Positions 23,831 through 35,789 of a stretch of DNA of 64,000 nucleotides are shown here, piece by piece. This DNA comes from Raillietiella orientalis. Its lineage: Eukaryota. The DNA is taken from the NCBI GenBank assembly GCA_036172245.1, contig JAYWIR010000028.1:2108001-2172000 (forward strand), read 5' to 3'. The notes below the pieces were generated by a model that made no database searches, was not told where the DNA came from, and worked only from the letters and a program-made list of their open reading frames with translations. Position 1 is the first letter of the stretch; every line of letters starts with the position of its first letter. A program made the translations under genes and the position numbers.

Positions 23831-25258
23831 TCCCACGGAAATGTGTTTTTTTCCGACGTAGCCGGGAATTAGGTTCGGACAAGCATCTTGTCGAAGGCAT
23901 CGGGTTCCAGAAAGATGCGCTCAATTAAGGGATGCTCGCAAGAGGAAGAGGGATAGTGTTTAAACTACTGCTCTTGGCCGTGGAAACCATATTGAAGGGA
24001 AGGCAGGATGGTTTTCTTTAAAAGACTCGTGCGCAGGCACAACGGGCTGCTGCTCCGGAATTCGCAGGACCACGCAGCAAAGTGTGGGATGCCTGGAAGA
24101 TTTTCCCGTTTTTCAAACTCCAGACTGGGCATCGGGATCTCGTGTGTCGTTTCCCTGTGTGGGAATCTGCGATTCACGCCACTGGAGATATTCTGTTCGA
24201 GCTGAAGTTTCTCTTCGGCACGCCGCTTTCACGCCACGCACGCGATGCAAACGGAATCCGAGTTGATCAGAGCGATCTGACTTTACCCCTTTCGGCGCTA
24301 TGGACACCTATGCATCTGGCAGACGTCCTCACCTTGTACACGCGACACAAGTGAACACTATCCATGTCTTAGATGCATACACACACTTGCGTTCTTATAA
24401 TAATTCCCTCAGCAGCGACAGTCAACAAAATTCTGTTCCTATCGGCTAACTGCTCTCGGTTTTTTAGGGAGTCACCTCTCTGACAAGAACCGAGCAAAGC
24501 ATAATACCACGGTCGCATCGTATAAAATTCAGTGTGTTTAGTAAACTCGAGAGGCCGGATGACTGCGTAGCTAGGCCGAGCTGGGGAATGGCTATCCAGC
24601 GACCCGACCTGGAGGAGGAAGCAGGCACGAATCAAGATGGTGCCTAAAAGTAAGCAACTCTGGCAGGAGGAATCCATCCTGTTGATCCCCTGGCTGCTCC
24701 CGGTGCCCAGCGACACGAAGAGCTGGATCTGCCAGCGGCCCAGAGTCACCTTCAAGAGAACAGAAACAGGGAAACAGGGAAGATACCATCACGTCCCCTG
24801 CATTTTAGGATACATCGAGATGGTGAAGGGACCCGCGAATCGTGGAAGAAGCACAGCGACTACGCGTGGTCCAGGATGAGCCAGCAAAACCTTTGCCGTC
24901 TCATACCCAAAGATGGCCAAGATACCGCTGCCCTCCAGGAAGCAGCCAATCGCTACGGGAGCGACACGTTCAACCTGCTAGAGGTGCGCTTCACAGTGAA
25001 ATCCAAAGGTTTCCTAATGTTTGTTTTGAATGAATGAGTTTTGTAGCGTGAATGATGCATAAATTTACCCCACCCCACTGGGACTGGGGAAAAATAGAAT
25101 TTCTTACATTGTACCACACCCGATGATTTTATTGGAATTGTGGTTGCAATTCCCAAGTAAATGCGTTTGGGAAAAGCGGAAACATTTCACCTAATGTGGT
25201 GTAAATAAGCAGTGACCGTGGTAACTCGAATCCGCACTTTCTATGTGGTCAACGGGTG

Positions 25259-25700
25259 CCTCGATGGAGTGGGCGGTACGCGAAGAAGCGTTCTGCCCCC
25301 CCCCGCGACCCGCGTGCCGTCAGCACGGAACGTTTGCATCCGACGAGCTCCGCACCCAAAGGGCTGAACATCTGCAGTTGCGACGGTTAAAAGGACTCAA
25401 CACGTTCGTTCCAAGGCAGTTTTATTCTGTAATCTTCGGAGCTTCCTTTCGGTGATTCAAACCCGAGCGAATCAAATTTGAAACGCCGAATAAACGAGAA
25501 GTGCGCGTGGGGATGAGAATGGGCTGCTTGGGTGCAGATCTTCCATGTTCGGAAACGTCCATTTCCTACCAAGACTGTCTCTGGATTGCGGAAGCAGGAG
25601 CAACATACATGCCACCATGATCAGGTTCTCAGACTCCTTGGGAGTTGGTTGCATCCGTGGCAGAAGACATCGGGGGCGAGAAATTCACGAGCCTCGTTGT
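25259..25700 (+). mobile_element. Internally deleted hAT derivative sharing a 5' end with the element ending at 63944
   Basis: 25263-25363 aligns with the reverse complement of 63830-63941; downstream LDCGSRSNIHATMIRF resembles hAT DV.TRWNS..ML.RF. Confidence 0.55.
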
Positions 25701-26189
25701 TGCTTGGAGACAGAAATCCGAAAGCAGAAAGCCCGCTGGATGCACTTATTTTTTGTTGAGACGATGGAAATTGGAAAACACCGCAAGAGTACGATCCAAC
25801 CCCATTCATCAAGTTTCTATAATTATGTGTTCTAGAAGAAGAGCAAAAATAGAGAACCCAGAAAGCTATTCTTGAAGAATAAGCAACAGCCAAGCAATCA
25901 TCGGCTGATCATCTTCCGGATTAATTGAAAAGCAGATCAACACCTCCGGGTTCATTTACTAGCGATTTCCCCTTCAAAAAAATACGTCTTCTTTTTTTCA
26001 TGTGCTAGAGTACCAGCGAAAGTGAACGTCACAGTTTTTGCACCCTGAGGCACTGGAGAAGACGTGGGAGGCAGGACGCGTTTTCACTCAAGCTCTTTGG
26101 CAGGCCGAGCTCGATGCGACGGCCTCGGACTCTGGGGTGTATCCGTGTACTCGTCCTCCATCTTCCCTCCTTCCCGAAAACCCCGGCCA

Positions 26190-26650
26190 GTGGGACAGGG
26201 GAGCGTTGCACGCAGAGCGGGGTGCTGCAGGGAAATCCGCGCAATTTTCTTGCGGAGCATCTCGACTCCCCTCTAAGAGAAGGTTCCTCTTTAGCTTGCA
26301 GATCCCAACACGGAGGGCTGCCAGAGGTTCCGCCGTCTTCAAGTCCACTTTCCGTCCTCGCACTATTGGGGGCGGATGCCCTCCCCCTCCCCCTTGTGGC
26401 ATCGGCAGTCCGTTGGCTACAGCGGGGAGAAATGCGAGTTCAGGTCAGAGGTCCAAGTGCGTGTTCCTCCCTTTGTCCAGGAAGAGAGCCCTGAATGACC
26501 AAGAAGTTGCTTGGACCAAGGAGAACTTTCGCACACCTCGGAGACAGAATGCGCACGGACCCTTTGAAGAAATCTGTGCATCTGTAGTGGTGGATGCGCA
26601 GATTTTCGACAGTGGATCAACGACCTCAGCAGACTACTCATGTGCATCGA
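26190..26650 (-). mobile_element. Degenerate tyrosine recombinase C-terminus (CryptonV-like)
   Basis: CRKSAHP...FLQRVRAHSVSE...KQLLGHS, then GKWT and C..F/LQHPAL tail motifs. Confidence 0.4.
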
Positions 26651-27019
26651 GCTGAAGCAAGCCGCGATAGTGTTCCACGCGCGGTGTTCCTCGTCGCCGC
26701 TTTCTTTTTTTTTTTTTTACTGCTTGCGGGTTTCGCGTCCTGCGCTGGAGGCTTCGATCTGCTTGCTGGACCGCAAGGCCAGGTGGAGGATTTTGATAAA
26801 TCACTGGCGAGGATCCGCAGCCTGTGAAAGTCGCTACTGAGGTACTGCAGCCCTTTCACTCAATTTTTCTCTGTCTTTCCCATTTTCACAGATAACTCTG
26901 TGGAGATTTCAGTTCTTTTGTCCCTCTCTCCATTCTGCTTTCATTGATAGGGAAGAGAGGAAGCTGACGATGCCGATCGAAACCCCAAACGATCCGGAAT
27001 GTCGAAATCTCATAGAAAA

Positions 27020-27030
27020 CACATAAATAT

Positions 27031-27062
<32 letters not shown>

Positions 27063-27600
27063 CACACACACACATTTTTAAACTTATCAAAAGTAAGTAT
27101 ATGTCTTTATTATGCATATCTATTTGTGTACAGATTAATATACAAATTCATTTTAGCATACAGACTTATTACTACTTGTTAACACACATATCATTAATGT
27201 AATTAATAGCATGCATGAATATAGTATTAATATATATACATTGAAGATTATGGAAAAATAAATTAAATTAGAAATAAATAATATATGTTTATTGTATATA
27301 TAAACATATAATGAATGCATATGAAGTAAACATACAAATATCGAATTATAAAAAATGATGTTGACAATTAACAAACAGTGAAAAAAGTGAAAAAGGAAAG
27401 CGATTTAAAAAAGGAAACTTGACATTTGAAAACGCGTAAAAAGTAAACAAAAAAATAAAAACAAAATTGAGGCAGATTATGGGCAGTTGAAGAAGATACC
27501 TAATGGCCACATATATCCAATTTTTACAATCTTTATGATACTATTACATTAATCTCTATATAAATGCGTGCAATAAACGCGCACACACCCACATATTCTA
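27020..27600. repeat. (CA)n microsatellite (27031-27074) followed by a very AT-rich low-complexity island
   Basis: Read directly; sharp contrast with the ~50% GC flanks. Confidence 0.9.
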
Positions 27601-27649
27601 CTTTTTTCGGTAGTTCCGGATCTTGGCGTTTGAGATTTTGAACCAAATT

Positions 27650-30060
27650 CAGAGCCTGAGAATATTTTTTTTCCTGATGGTTCTCTGATCGTTCTTCAGG
27701 GGACCCATCAGATGATACTGACGATTTGCATCCGCACCTCGTGTTTCAGAAATTTCGGGCAACGGGCAGTTCTTCAGGCTTGCACTGGGGAGAACTCTGT
27801 CTTGCGGCCACGGCCCTGGCGAGCTTTGCATCGTTGAAATTCTGGTGGTCAGTCAGTCTATCGGTGGCTGCATCCGGCTGCACCACAAGGAGGGCTCATC
27901 GGCGATGCGCCTTCGACGTGCTGCCAGCAGAAGAATCTTACGCAGGGAACAAGAAGGCGTCTCTTTTCAGTGATCCAAGGATGCTGAGGATTCATGAAAA
28001 TCAAACCGGATGAAAAGAACCCCCATCAATAAGCTGGAAGCTGGAGTCGTTCTAAAGAGACGGAAGGAGTATTTCTGTTTTCCGTCGAGCTGCCAGTCTA
28101 CACCAGGAAGGTTCGCTTCAGAACATCTCCACAAGGCGGCGTCCTTTCCGTATCCCGAGGCTTCCTGCAGTTTCAGATGACCACCTCTGCATGCTTAGGC
28201 ATGTCCGAAGAAGAGACATGCAAACGGATGGATTTTTTCGAATTATCCTGCGTTCAGTTTATCTTCGGGTAAATCCCCTGACCTCCAGATCCCCCTGGGA
28301 ATGAAGTGGAGGTGGGAAGTTTTCTCACATGGCCAATCGATGAGTAGGATCGGAGAATCATTGCTAGATGACACTGAATTCTTTTAGGCACACGATGTTC
28401 TTTCGAATTGAGACCTTTTCTGTCAGAACCACTGGGAAGAAGCATTCCAATTATTTTCCTAGATCCTCCTCATGTAGCCTTTTTCTTCCACAAGTACAGC
28501 TCCGACTGCGTTCGGACTGACTTAGGTTTGCCACGGATTTTAGCAGGACGAGCTCGTGGACCGGAGATGCTGGAACCCAACGAAGCGAGAATGCTTTTAC
28601 AGGATGAATAAACGCTTCCTGCATATCTGCGAAGGAAGCTGTCGATCCCAGCATTGTATTACATCTGTAGGTACCTGTAGACAATCCGAGGCTCACAGCA
28701 GGAGAAACCATCTAACTTCTGCAGCGACAAGCTGCACAAGGGCTCCACACCTCCCTCTTCCTGATACGGTAAGCGTCGAAAAGACCCGCGAATTCGCGAA
28801 ATTCAAACAACGACGTCTGATAGCAAACGGATCCTCTACCGGACCATCTCGGAGATGAATCATAGCCGGATTTGCTCTTTTGGCAGCAACGCTGTTCCCG
28901 TCATCTGTTGAGCCACACGGGCCATCTCCATCATCACACGAGATTTCCCTCTTTTCCTTTTCCACTCGAACTCATGCTGTAATGATCGTCTTGCTAGTCC
29001 TTCATTCTGGCTCTACGTGACACTTAGAGGCGACGCTGCTCCTTTAAAACTTGTGCTGGAATCCAGGAGCTTGCATACTGTTTCACGGCAACGGTTGTCC
29101 CTTTTCTTATCGTTTTATCAATCATTCATGGAAACCTGATGCCTGATGCTAGTTGGTCCGCCCGCCTGCCAGGAACAAGGATTTTAAGGATTGGGTTCTT
29201 CGGGACCGTCTCAAACCTACAGCTGAAGACGACGTGATTCTCAAGGATCACCGAGAATTCTCTCCTCATAGGTGAAGGGACTGTTTCGCATCTCAGTTCC
29301 TCTCTCTTTCTGTAAGAAGGTGAGATGGTTCTGCGGACGCGTTCCTTTGAATTGCTTTTGGATCGTTACCTTCGCCGTTTAGGATGAGTGTCAGTCTTCC
29401 TCCCAGTTCCAGGAAGCACTAGCTATGTAACTGATCCTCCTCGGGCAACCCTACCAAAGTTGAATCATCGTTTCCCATCAGTGCCTTCATCCCGTCACGG
29501 TCGTCCCACGAAGATTTCACGGCTGCTTTTTTCCATCGGCAGGAGACTGTGTCCTGCTGCCTGGACTTCAAGTGAATAGAATCATGGACTTCTTCAGCAC
29601 AGGTTTCTTCTTTCGGCTCATCTGCTGCCATGTGGATTAGAATCATGATTACTGTTCTTGAAAAAATTTCTTGCTTTGTCATCGGCCGTCGTAGAAGTCC
29701 TGAAACTGCAGCGAGCATAGGACGAATCAAACCGACGATTCGTAGAGATTTTTTGAAAGGTCCCTTCCGTAAACTGGTTCTTGATCGATGAAGGATGAAA
29801 CTCCTGGTAGACTGCTATGAAGAGGCTGGCAAAAGTACCATGTGAAGCAATGCTGGCTGCGTAATCGTTTACATCCTGCACCGATGAGAAAGGTGTCCTC
29901 TCTCAAGGCTTCGAAAGGGATCGCAGTCACCTTCGAGATGAAGATTCGGTCACCTCTTGAACGAGCCGCCGGTTTCCATGCAAACGCCCGCGAAGAAGTG
30001 CTAAGCGAACTCGCAGAATGCTTTTGGAGCGGATAACTTTCCACGGTCTCACAACGCAAG
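27650..30060 (-). mobile_element. Degenerate hAT transposase
   Basis: FISKVTAIPFEAL..DTF (~29943-29890; cf. FI....PF..V...F), VPGRRADQL (cf. PC.AH.L), and dimerisation remnants DEPSLW, KLAR, PSAS (~27900-27780). Confidence 0.4.
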
Positions 30061-30511
30061 AGGAAAATTCATTTCAGTGATCTCAGTTTTTTATGGAAAA
30101 GGCGATGAATTCTGGAGTGCCCAGAGAATAGAATTCAGGGAAGAGATTTAGGCTGGTTTCTCGGAGACACTTCATCCGTGTACGAACAAAAAAGGTGATT
30201 CAGGGAAAATGGATGCATCATTTCCTTGATACGAAGAGAATTCTCAAAGGAAATAGGCGTTCTAGAGCGACCTACTGCCCTGTAATATAGCCCTGCTTAT
30301 TTCATGTTGAGAGAATCCGCCTGAAGATGGGGGGGAGGGGTGAATTCGGAAACAAAAGCATGGAGCCACAGACAGGAGAAATTCAGTCGGAATATGCGTT
30401 TCCGTGTCATCCACCTGACCCCCCTCCCACCTAGGAGTCTGCTTCCCTACCATTCACAGAGGTTCCACGTTTCTTCATCTACCATAAGCAGAAGGGCAAT
30501 GTTGACTTGCA

Positions 30512-30571
30512 TCATTATAACCAAATGGTTATAATGTTTATCCCATCATTATAACCATTTGGTTATAATGA
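30512..30571. repeat. Perfect nested palindrome: two 24-bp hairpins CATTATAACC-N4-GGTTATAATG that are reverse complements of each other, 10 bp apart
   Basis: 30513-30536 CATTATAACCAAATGGTTATAATG; 30547-30570 CATTATAACCATTTGGTTATAATG. Confidence 0.95.
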
Positions 30572-31118
30572 CACTCCTTAAAACCAATTGCTTTCACTCT
30601 GCTGATCTATGGCTCAGTAGGAAGAAAGAAAAAGACATTCGCAGAAAAGACAAGTTTTTTTTTTCACTGCAGCAAGAAACAAAAAATTCTCACAATACGC
30701 GCATACAAAGGAAAAAGGGGGGTGAAGGTGGAAGGGCCCCCCAAAAAACGAACCTTCCATTCTTACACCGCATTCTAGTCGGACTGCGCTTTCTTAATCA
30801 GATGGAAAATCATGAAAAGAACAGCTCATGAGTGAAGAAGGGATTGAAGTGAAGTGTTATCTCATTATTTCGATTTCAAATCGTCTCTTCAGCTTCCAAC
30901 ATTTGTTGTTTTCCCGTTCTTTTCTTCGCTGACCGCGCCGTCGATAGATAAACTCGACGGGTTGCTCGGTTGTCGAGTGCGCGGTTTATACTGGTTTTAA
31001 CGGCGGTCGCGGTCGCATCGTCACTTATCAAAAAAAAAAAAAAAAAATCTTTTCGTGTCTGAAAAACACAAATTATTATCAGAAATAAATTATTATCTGA
31101 GAAATTGCCATCAGAAAA

Positions 31119-31520
31119 TCATAAATTATTATCACGGAGGCAGGTTTGCAAGGTGGAGATCGCGAAGAGGAATGGAGCTTCCTTTTGGTCCACGAAGCTT
31201 GAGGAAGCCATGCCCGCGATGATCTGGTCCAGGATGTCCAGAGTGGGCGCGAACCTGCGCTTGTCGCTTTGCTCGTCCAGGATGAATCAGTCCATCCACC
31301 CGGGCGTCCTGGCGCCCTCATCGTCAGCAGTCCTGGGCGCATCAAAGGTGCGCGTAGCACACCTTTGAGGAAGGCGGATGTGTCCAGCTTGCCTGCTACC
31401 CGCTCCTTCGGCTCCTCGGGGGCGGAAATGGGGATCGAGGGAATGAGGAGTCGCTGCCACCTTCTCCGTCCGCCGTTCTTCCTGAAGTCTGACGTGCGTC
31501 TCGAACAGGGAACCTCTCGT
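31119..31520 (-). pseudogene. Possible O-fucosyltransferase-like (POFUT2/O-FucT family) C-terminal pseudogene fragment
   Basis: RRTSDF (cf. HLRRxDF), LKGV/T.DAP...DE (cf. L.KVFVATDA), and LDILDQIIAGMASSSFV...F.FAI (cf. IIDQ.I...A..F.GT..STFS..I) in a GC3-rich frame ending at TGA 31121-31119; frameshifted. Confidence 0.4.
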
Positions 31521-31679
31521 GCCGCCACCTCCTCGTCACCAGCATCATCAACCAGCACCACGTGCTCCTCCTCTGCTGTCACCGACCGCGCTTCATCAGA
31601 AATCCTTCGATTCGTTCGATCGAAAGAACGGAACGGCACTGTTTTGCTTTTCTATCGGTGAGTGTCCAGGAAAATCCCA

Positions 31680-32560
31680 CAGGTAGTCCAGTCGTTTCCT
31701 GCTTGGTGCAGCTTGTAAAATTGCCTGGTCCATCTTTATGGACAGATAAAGTAGGGGTCAGCCGACAACGATCCACTGCGCCCAAATTTGGACCCTCCCT
31801 GGAGTTAAAGATCGACAGGATGGACAGAGCCACCAAAAAGACAACTGATGCTTCCGTGGGTAGTAAGGAGATGTTGGTACGTGTCTTGGTAGGGAGGCAC
31901 TGCGCACCTTTCGGACCTTCGCCAGGAACATAGCAGCATACGGCGCCAGCTCCAGGAAGAAAGTGAGGCCTCACAGTAAACCCCCCCTTTTTTTTCAGAC
32001 AGAAAAAAAAATGAAAGAAAAAAATTTTTTTTGGTAGTTTCCTCCTTTCCACTCTGAACTTAAAAGCTGGTCTGCGTGCTGGTAGTCGCTCCCTGTGAAC
32101 TTCTTTGCTGTTCTTGTTGGTGCTGCTACTGTTGCTTTTGTCTTCTGGGAACTTGGTGCCCAGTGACTCGTCCTGGCATCACCAGGTTCAAACGCGGCTC
32201 GATATGCTCTCCATCTTCTGCAGCGGTTCGTCAACAAAGTTTCGCTCGTCAGGAAGACTCCAGGGAGGGAGATGCTTTTCAGAACCGCCTTACCCGATTC
32301 CCTTTGCACTTCGGTTCTCCGAATCGCGGACCCGTCAATGGTCGTGGAATTGCGTGGAGTTCTGAAAGCCAAAATTCAGTGGATCCCATCTAAGCTGTTT
32401 GGGACGAGCCGGAAAACTTTCTACGGACCACAGGGCCCCGCAAACATATCCCGGAGGCATATGGCCACCATGTCCGATCTCGGGCAGTCAGTGTATTCCT
32501 TCTTGGCGGTGCAGGTTCTCCAAGGAAGAAGCTGAAATGACCACTGAGGTCGTCAGCGCG
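31680..32560 (+). mobile_element. Degenerate CryptonV-like tyrosine recombinase
   Basis: KFGPSLELKI (31784-31813; cf. PSLALKIG), ITRFKRG (~32178; cf. I.FNRRR), VELRG (~32344; cf. VEIRGK), PANISRRHMATMS (~32437-32475; cf. P..I.ST.LRKH.AT.S). Confidence 0.55.
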
Positions 32561-33619
32561 GGATCTCCAAAGTTTTGTTCTGAGGTCGGTCGTGTATGCA
32601 TTCGGGGTTGCACTGAGTGTATTATGTTTATCTCTGTGTACACGAAAGTACGCCTAACTAGGTTGAGCGTATTTCATGAATTCAATGTATACCGAAGCAG
32701 AAGTATTTAGAATTACAATTACCTGAGAAATTGCCATGTTGCACGACTTCGTCTCGTCTCCCAGGGATTCCTGGAGTTCCTGAAGTTTCCATCCTGTTTC
32801 TTTATTTAATTCTGTATCTGCTGTCTTTTAGCAGAAGACTTCCCCGGCGGCGCTGAGGAAGGTTAAATAAGCCCAAGAGTTCCTTCAGCAAGCCTTCTTC
32901 AGTAATCCTTCACGTGCCCCTGCACATTCGATGCAAGGACTGCAAGGAAATGAAATCTCCGTGTGCATACGGAGGAGCTGACCGAAGCGCCCGAGGAAGG
33001 AGGGTGAGGTCATGGAGTGCGGATGCACCGGGGCCGACCGAACGAGTCTGAGCGGCGGCCGAGAACCAACGTATCGGACACGAAGACATTCCCTTTTTTC
33101 CCGATCAACGTAGCGAGTTCTCGGCTCCCGAGAATTCCGCCAGAGACCGGGCTGTCTCGTAGGAATCTGGAACTCGGGACTCCCTGAAATCGTCGCAGCA
33201 GCTTTTCACGTGCGAGTTTTCGGGATGGATGGACTCTGGAGAGGAATTCGGGATTCGGCGGCGGCGACTTACCAGCGGGCGACCGACCTGTGGGCTTTTG
33301 TGGGAGAAATGGGCAGCGGGAGAAATCAGCGCTCTATGAAGGAGTAGGCGGAAATTGAGAAGAGGAGTAATCGATCTCAGAGAGAAGTCGGACATCTTGC
33401 GGATGAATATTGAAGAAAGGAGAAGCCAGCAGTCTGTGAAAGAAAAGACGAAACCACTCGATGGCAAATGGTTTAGCCTTCCCAATCGAAGCTGTGGAAA
33501 GGCGGGCTCTCACATCAAGCCCAAACGCAGATGTCTGAATCTTCACTAAGCACAAAATAATTGGTGGAATACTGATGCCAGATTGCTGAGGAGGTGTTTG
33601 CAATTGCCACAGATCAATT

Positions 33620-34230
33620 CTTTTTTTTCAATTATCGATGCATTTCATTTCTCTCTCAGGTCGCTCTGTTGGTTGAACATTGCCAAGATGAACGCCGCGG
33701 ACAAATTCCGAATGCGGCCTGAAGATCCGAGCCGGGAGAGAAGTTTTCCCGACCTGCTGCTTCGGATACGGAATCTCCGTTTCCTGCGTGCCGCGCTTCC
33801 TTGTGCGCTTCCATGAACCTGGAGCTGCAGTTTCTCCAGGAACTTGAGGAATCACCAGGACTTCAGTTCTGGCGTTCCCTCCCTTTCCGTGCTCAATGAA
33901 GACATCCGACTGAGAGTCCGTTGTACCTCCCTCCCAGAGAAGAGAGACTCTAACGCACTGACCCTCCACGGATGGGACACGTGGGCGCGTCTCTGTATGT
34001 GCTCTTCAGGAAGCGTGAGATCAGCCGTCCAAGCACTTCGACTGTTGAGTCGCCATGGTGACGTCGCCATCCGAAGGATGGAGACGGGGAAGGCGTCTTG
34101 GGGCTGGCGTGCTCCGTGACGTCTGCCGGATCACGGAGCTCTTTTGGTTCTCGACTCTTTGGAAGGGTCTTCGTCCACCGTCCAGTCTTTCGCCGTGTTT
34201 GCAGCAAGTTTCGTCAGGAAGTGCCAGGAC
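33620..34230 (-). mobile_element. Degenerate CryptonA/ZMYM (DUF3504)-like N-terminal region
   Basis: NT../RRKTGRW (cf. NT.R.T.W), VLGRLISRFLKSTYR (cf. L...L..F...VRK), SALESLFSG...RTL, QVGKTS. Confidence 0.4.
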
Positions 34231-34494
34231 CACCGAATCGGCTTGGAACAGACCCCATCTTTCCCTGCTGAACCCTCAAAGTCGATCGAGTAGGGATGAA
34301 CTCGGCACGCTCCTTTTCCTTCGAAGAAAGCTTTTGGGCCCATGCGCGCGCATGCGCTCAGAGTTTGCAGCTACCTCGCTGCTTCGTGGGCCCAATGAAT
34401 TCTGGAAACGAACTCAAGTAAAACATGGGTGAGTTGTGCCGAGGCAAGCAAAAAGATGCTGTGACGCAAAATCTTTTGAGGCTCTTCCGTTTCT

Positions 34495-35240
34495 CTGTTT
34501 TCCTTCCAGCCTCTTTTTTTTTGGTTTCTTTTTTTTTTTTTTCCTGGTTCAGTAAGTAGTCAAGAACCGTTCACCTCGTGTCCCACGAAACTCTTTAATA
34601 CTGTTCCTCGCCACTCGAAGGTGCTCGTCGACTCTTCAACTTAGGAAGTACCATGGAGGGACCATCGTATCAATCAGGAAGGCATCGGAGGGAGGCGCCT
34701 GTTCCTCCTACGCTTGGGAAGGGAACCCCGAAAGAAACTTAATTTTCTCTGGAGGGAATCCTCTGAGTCAGAGGGAGCCACCCCTTGTTTTCTTTTCCTA
34801 AAGGAATCCGAAAAGGATCAGTTCCTGAATATCTTCTGTAGAGGGGATCTGCAAGGGAACTGCTCCTTGCTTCCTCTTTTGAAAAAAAACCCAAATGGAC
34901 GCTTCCAAATTTCTCTGAAGAGTGATTCTGACAGCCTGGAGAGGCAACCCCCGAAGGGATTATCAGCCAGCTCTAAGGTATGAGATGGTACGGCTCCAGC
35001 TCCACAACCGGAGGGGAACCCCGGAGGACTCCTTGATTCCTGCAAGGACCCTGGAGGTCCCGGCCAGCCAACGGGGGCATCCAGCTCTCGCTAGTGCCGC
35101 ACCCGAATAGGCAGACCAGCGTCGTCCTGGGAGGGGAGAACTGAAAACCCACGACTCAACCCTTATTTCTCGGCGCCGATGCTTGCCCGGGAAGGATTCG
35201 AACCCACGGCCACAGCCACCCGGCCGCCTGAGCGCGTATT
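34495..35240 (-). mobile_element. tRNA-headed SINE-like element, copy 2
   Basis: B-box GGTTCGAATCC (35204-35194). Core, repeat units, 3' hairpin and A-tract align with copy 1 (e.g. GGGTCCTTGCAGGAATCAAGGAGT vs GGGTCCTTCCAGGAATAAAGGAGT). Confidence 0.75.
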
Positions 35241-35789
35241 CTGCTCCCATCTTCTGGTGCTTTTGTTTGTCTTAGGTATTCTCGTTTCCAGTGAAATGGC
35301 AGTAGAACAGGACTGCCTTACTTCTCTCATGTTCCTCGAAGACTTTCCTTCCAGGACCATTGAGCACCATCCTGGCGAATTCGCATTTGGCACCCTGTTC
35401 GTCACTGGAATCCTCGAGATCTCAAGTTTCACTCACTCACTCCTTAAACGTGACGTGACGTTCTTCCTCCAGAGAAGAACTCATTCTCGTCTTAAGTATC
35501 GTCCCGGAAGAGAGCTGAAGAACGGCGGCGCAAGCAGAGATCACCCTCTGATCTTTCCGCTGAGTCCGATCCTCTGGCGCGGCCGAGAATGGCCACGTCC
35601 TCTGCCGTTGCCGCTGCGTCGGATTCCTCAGTACTGAGTTGCCTGTTCTGTGTCTTTCGTTTTCGGACCCGAGGAAGCTGGTGCGAGCTCTGCTTGGATC
35701 TCGAAAGCTGCACGCGTGATCGTGGCATAATTAAGGTGCAGAGGTCATTTCGGGAATTCTCATCGCTATAAATAGTCATGTCTTGCCTG

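Larger units (their letters stand above)
31092..32737 (+). repeat. 20-bp direct repeat ATTAYCTGAGAAATTGCCAT at 31092-31111 and 32718-32737
   Basis: 19/20 identity, read directly. Confidence 0.85.

Noticed and set aside
32850..33550. pogo/DDE_1 transposase relic
   Set aside because: Only vague similarity and a partial terminal knuckle; too weak to call.
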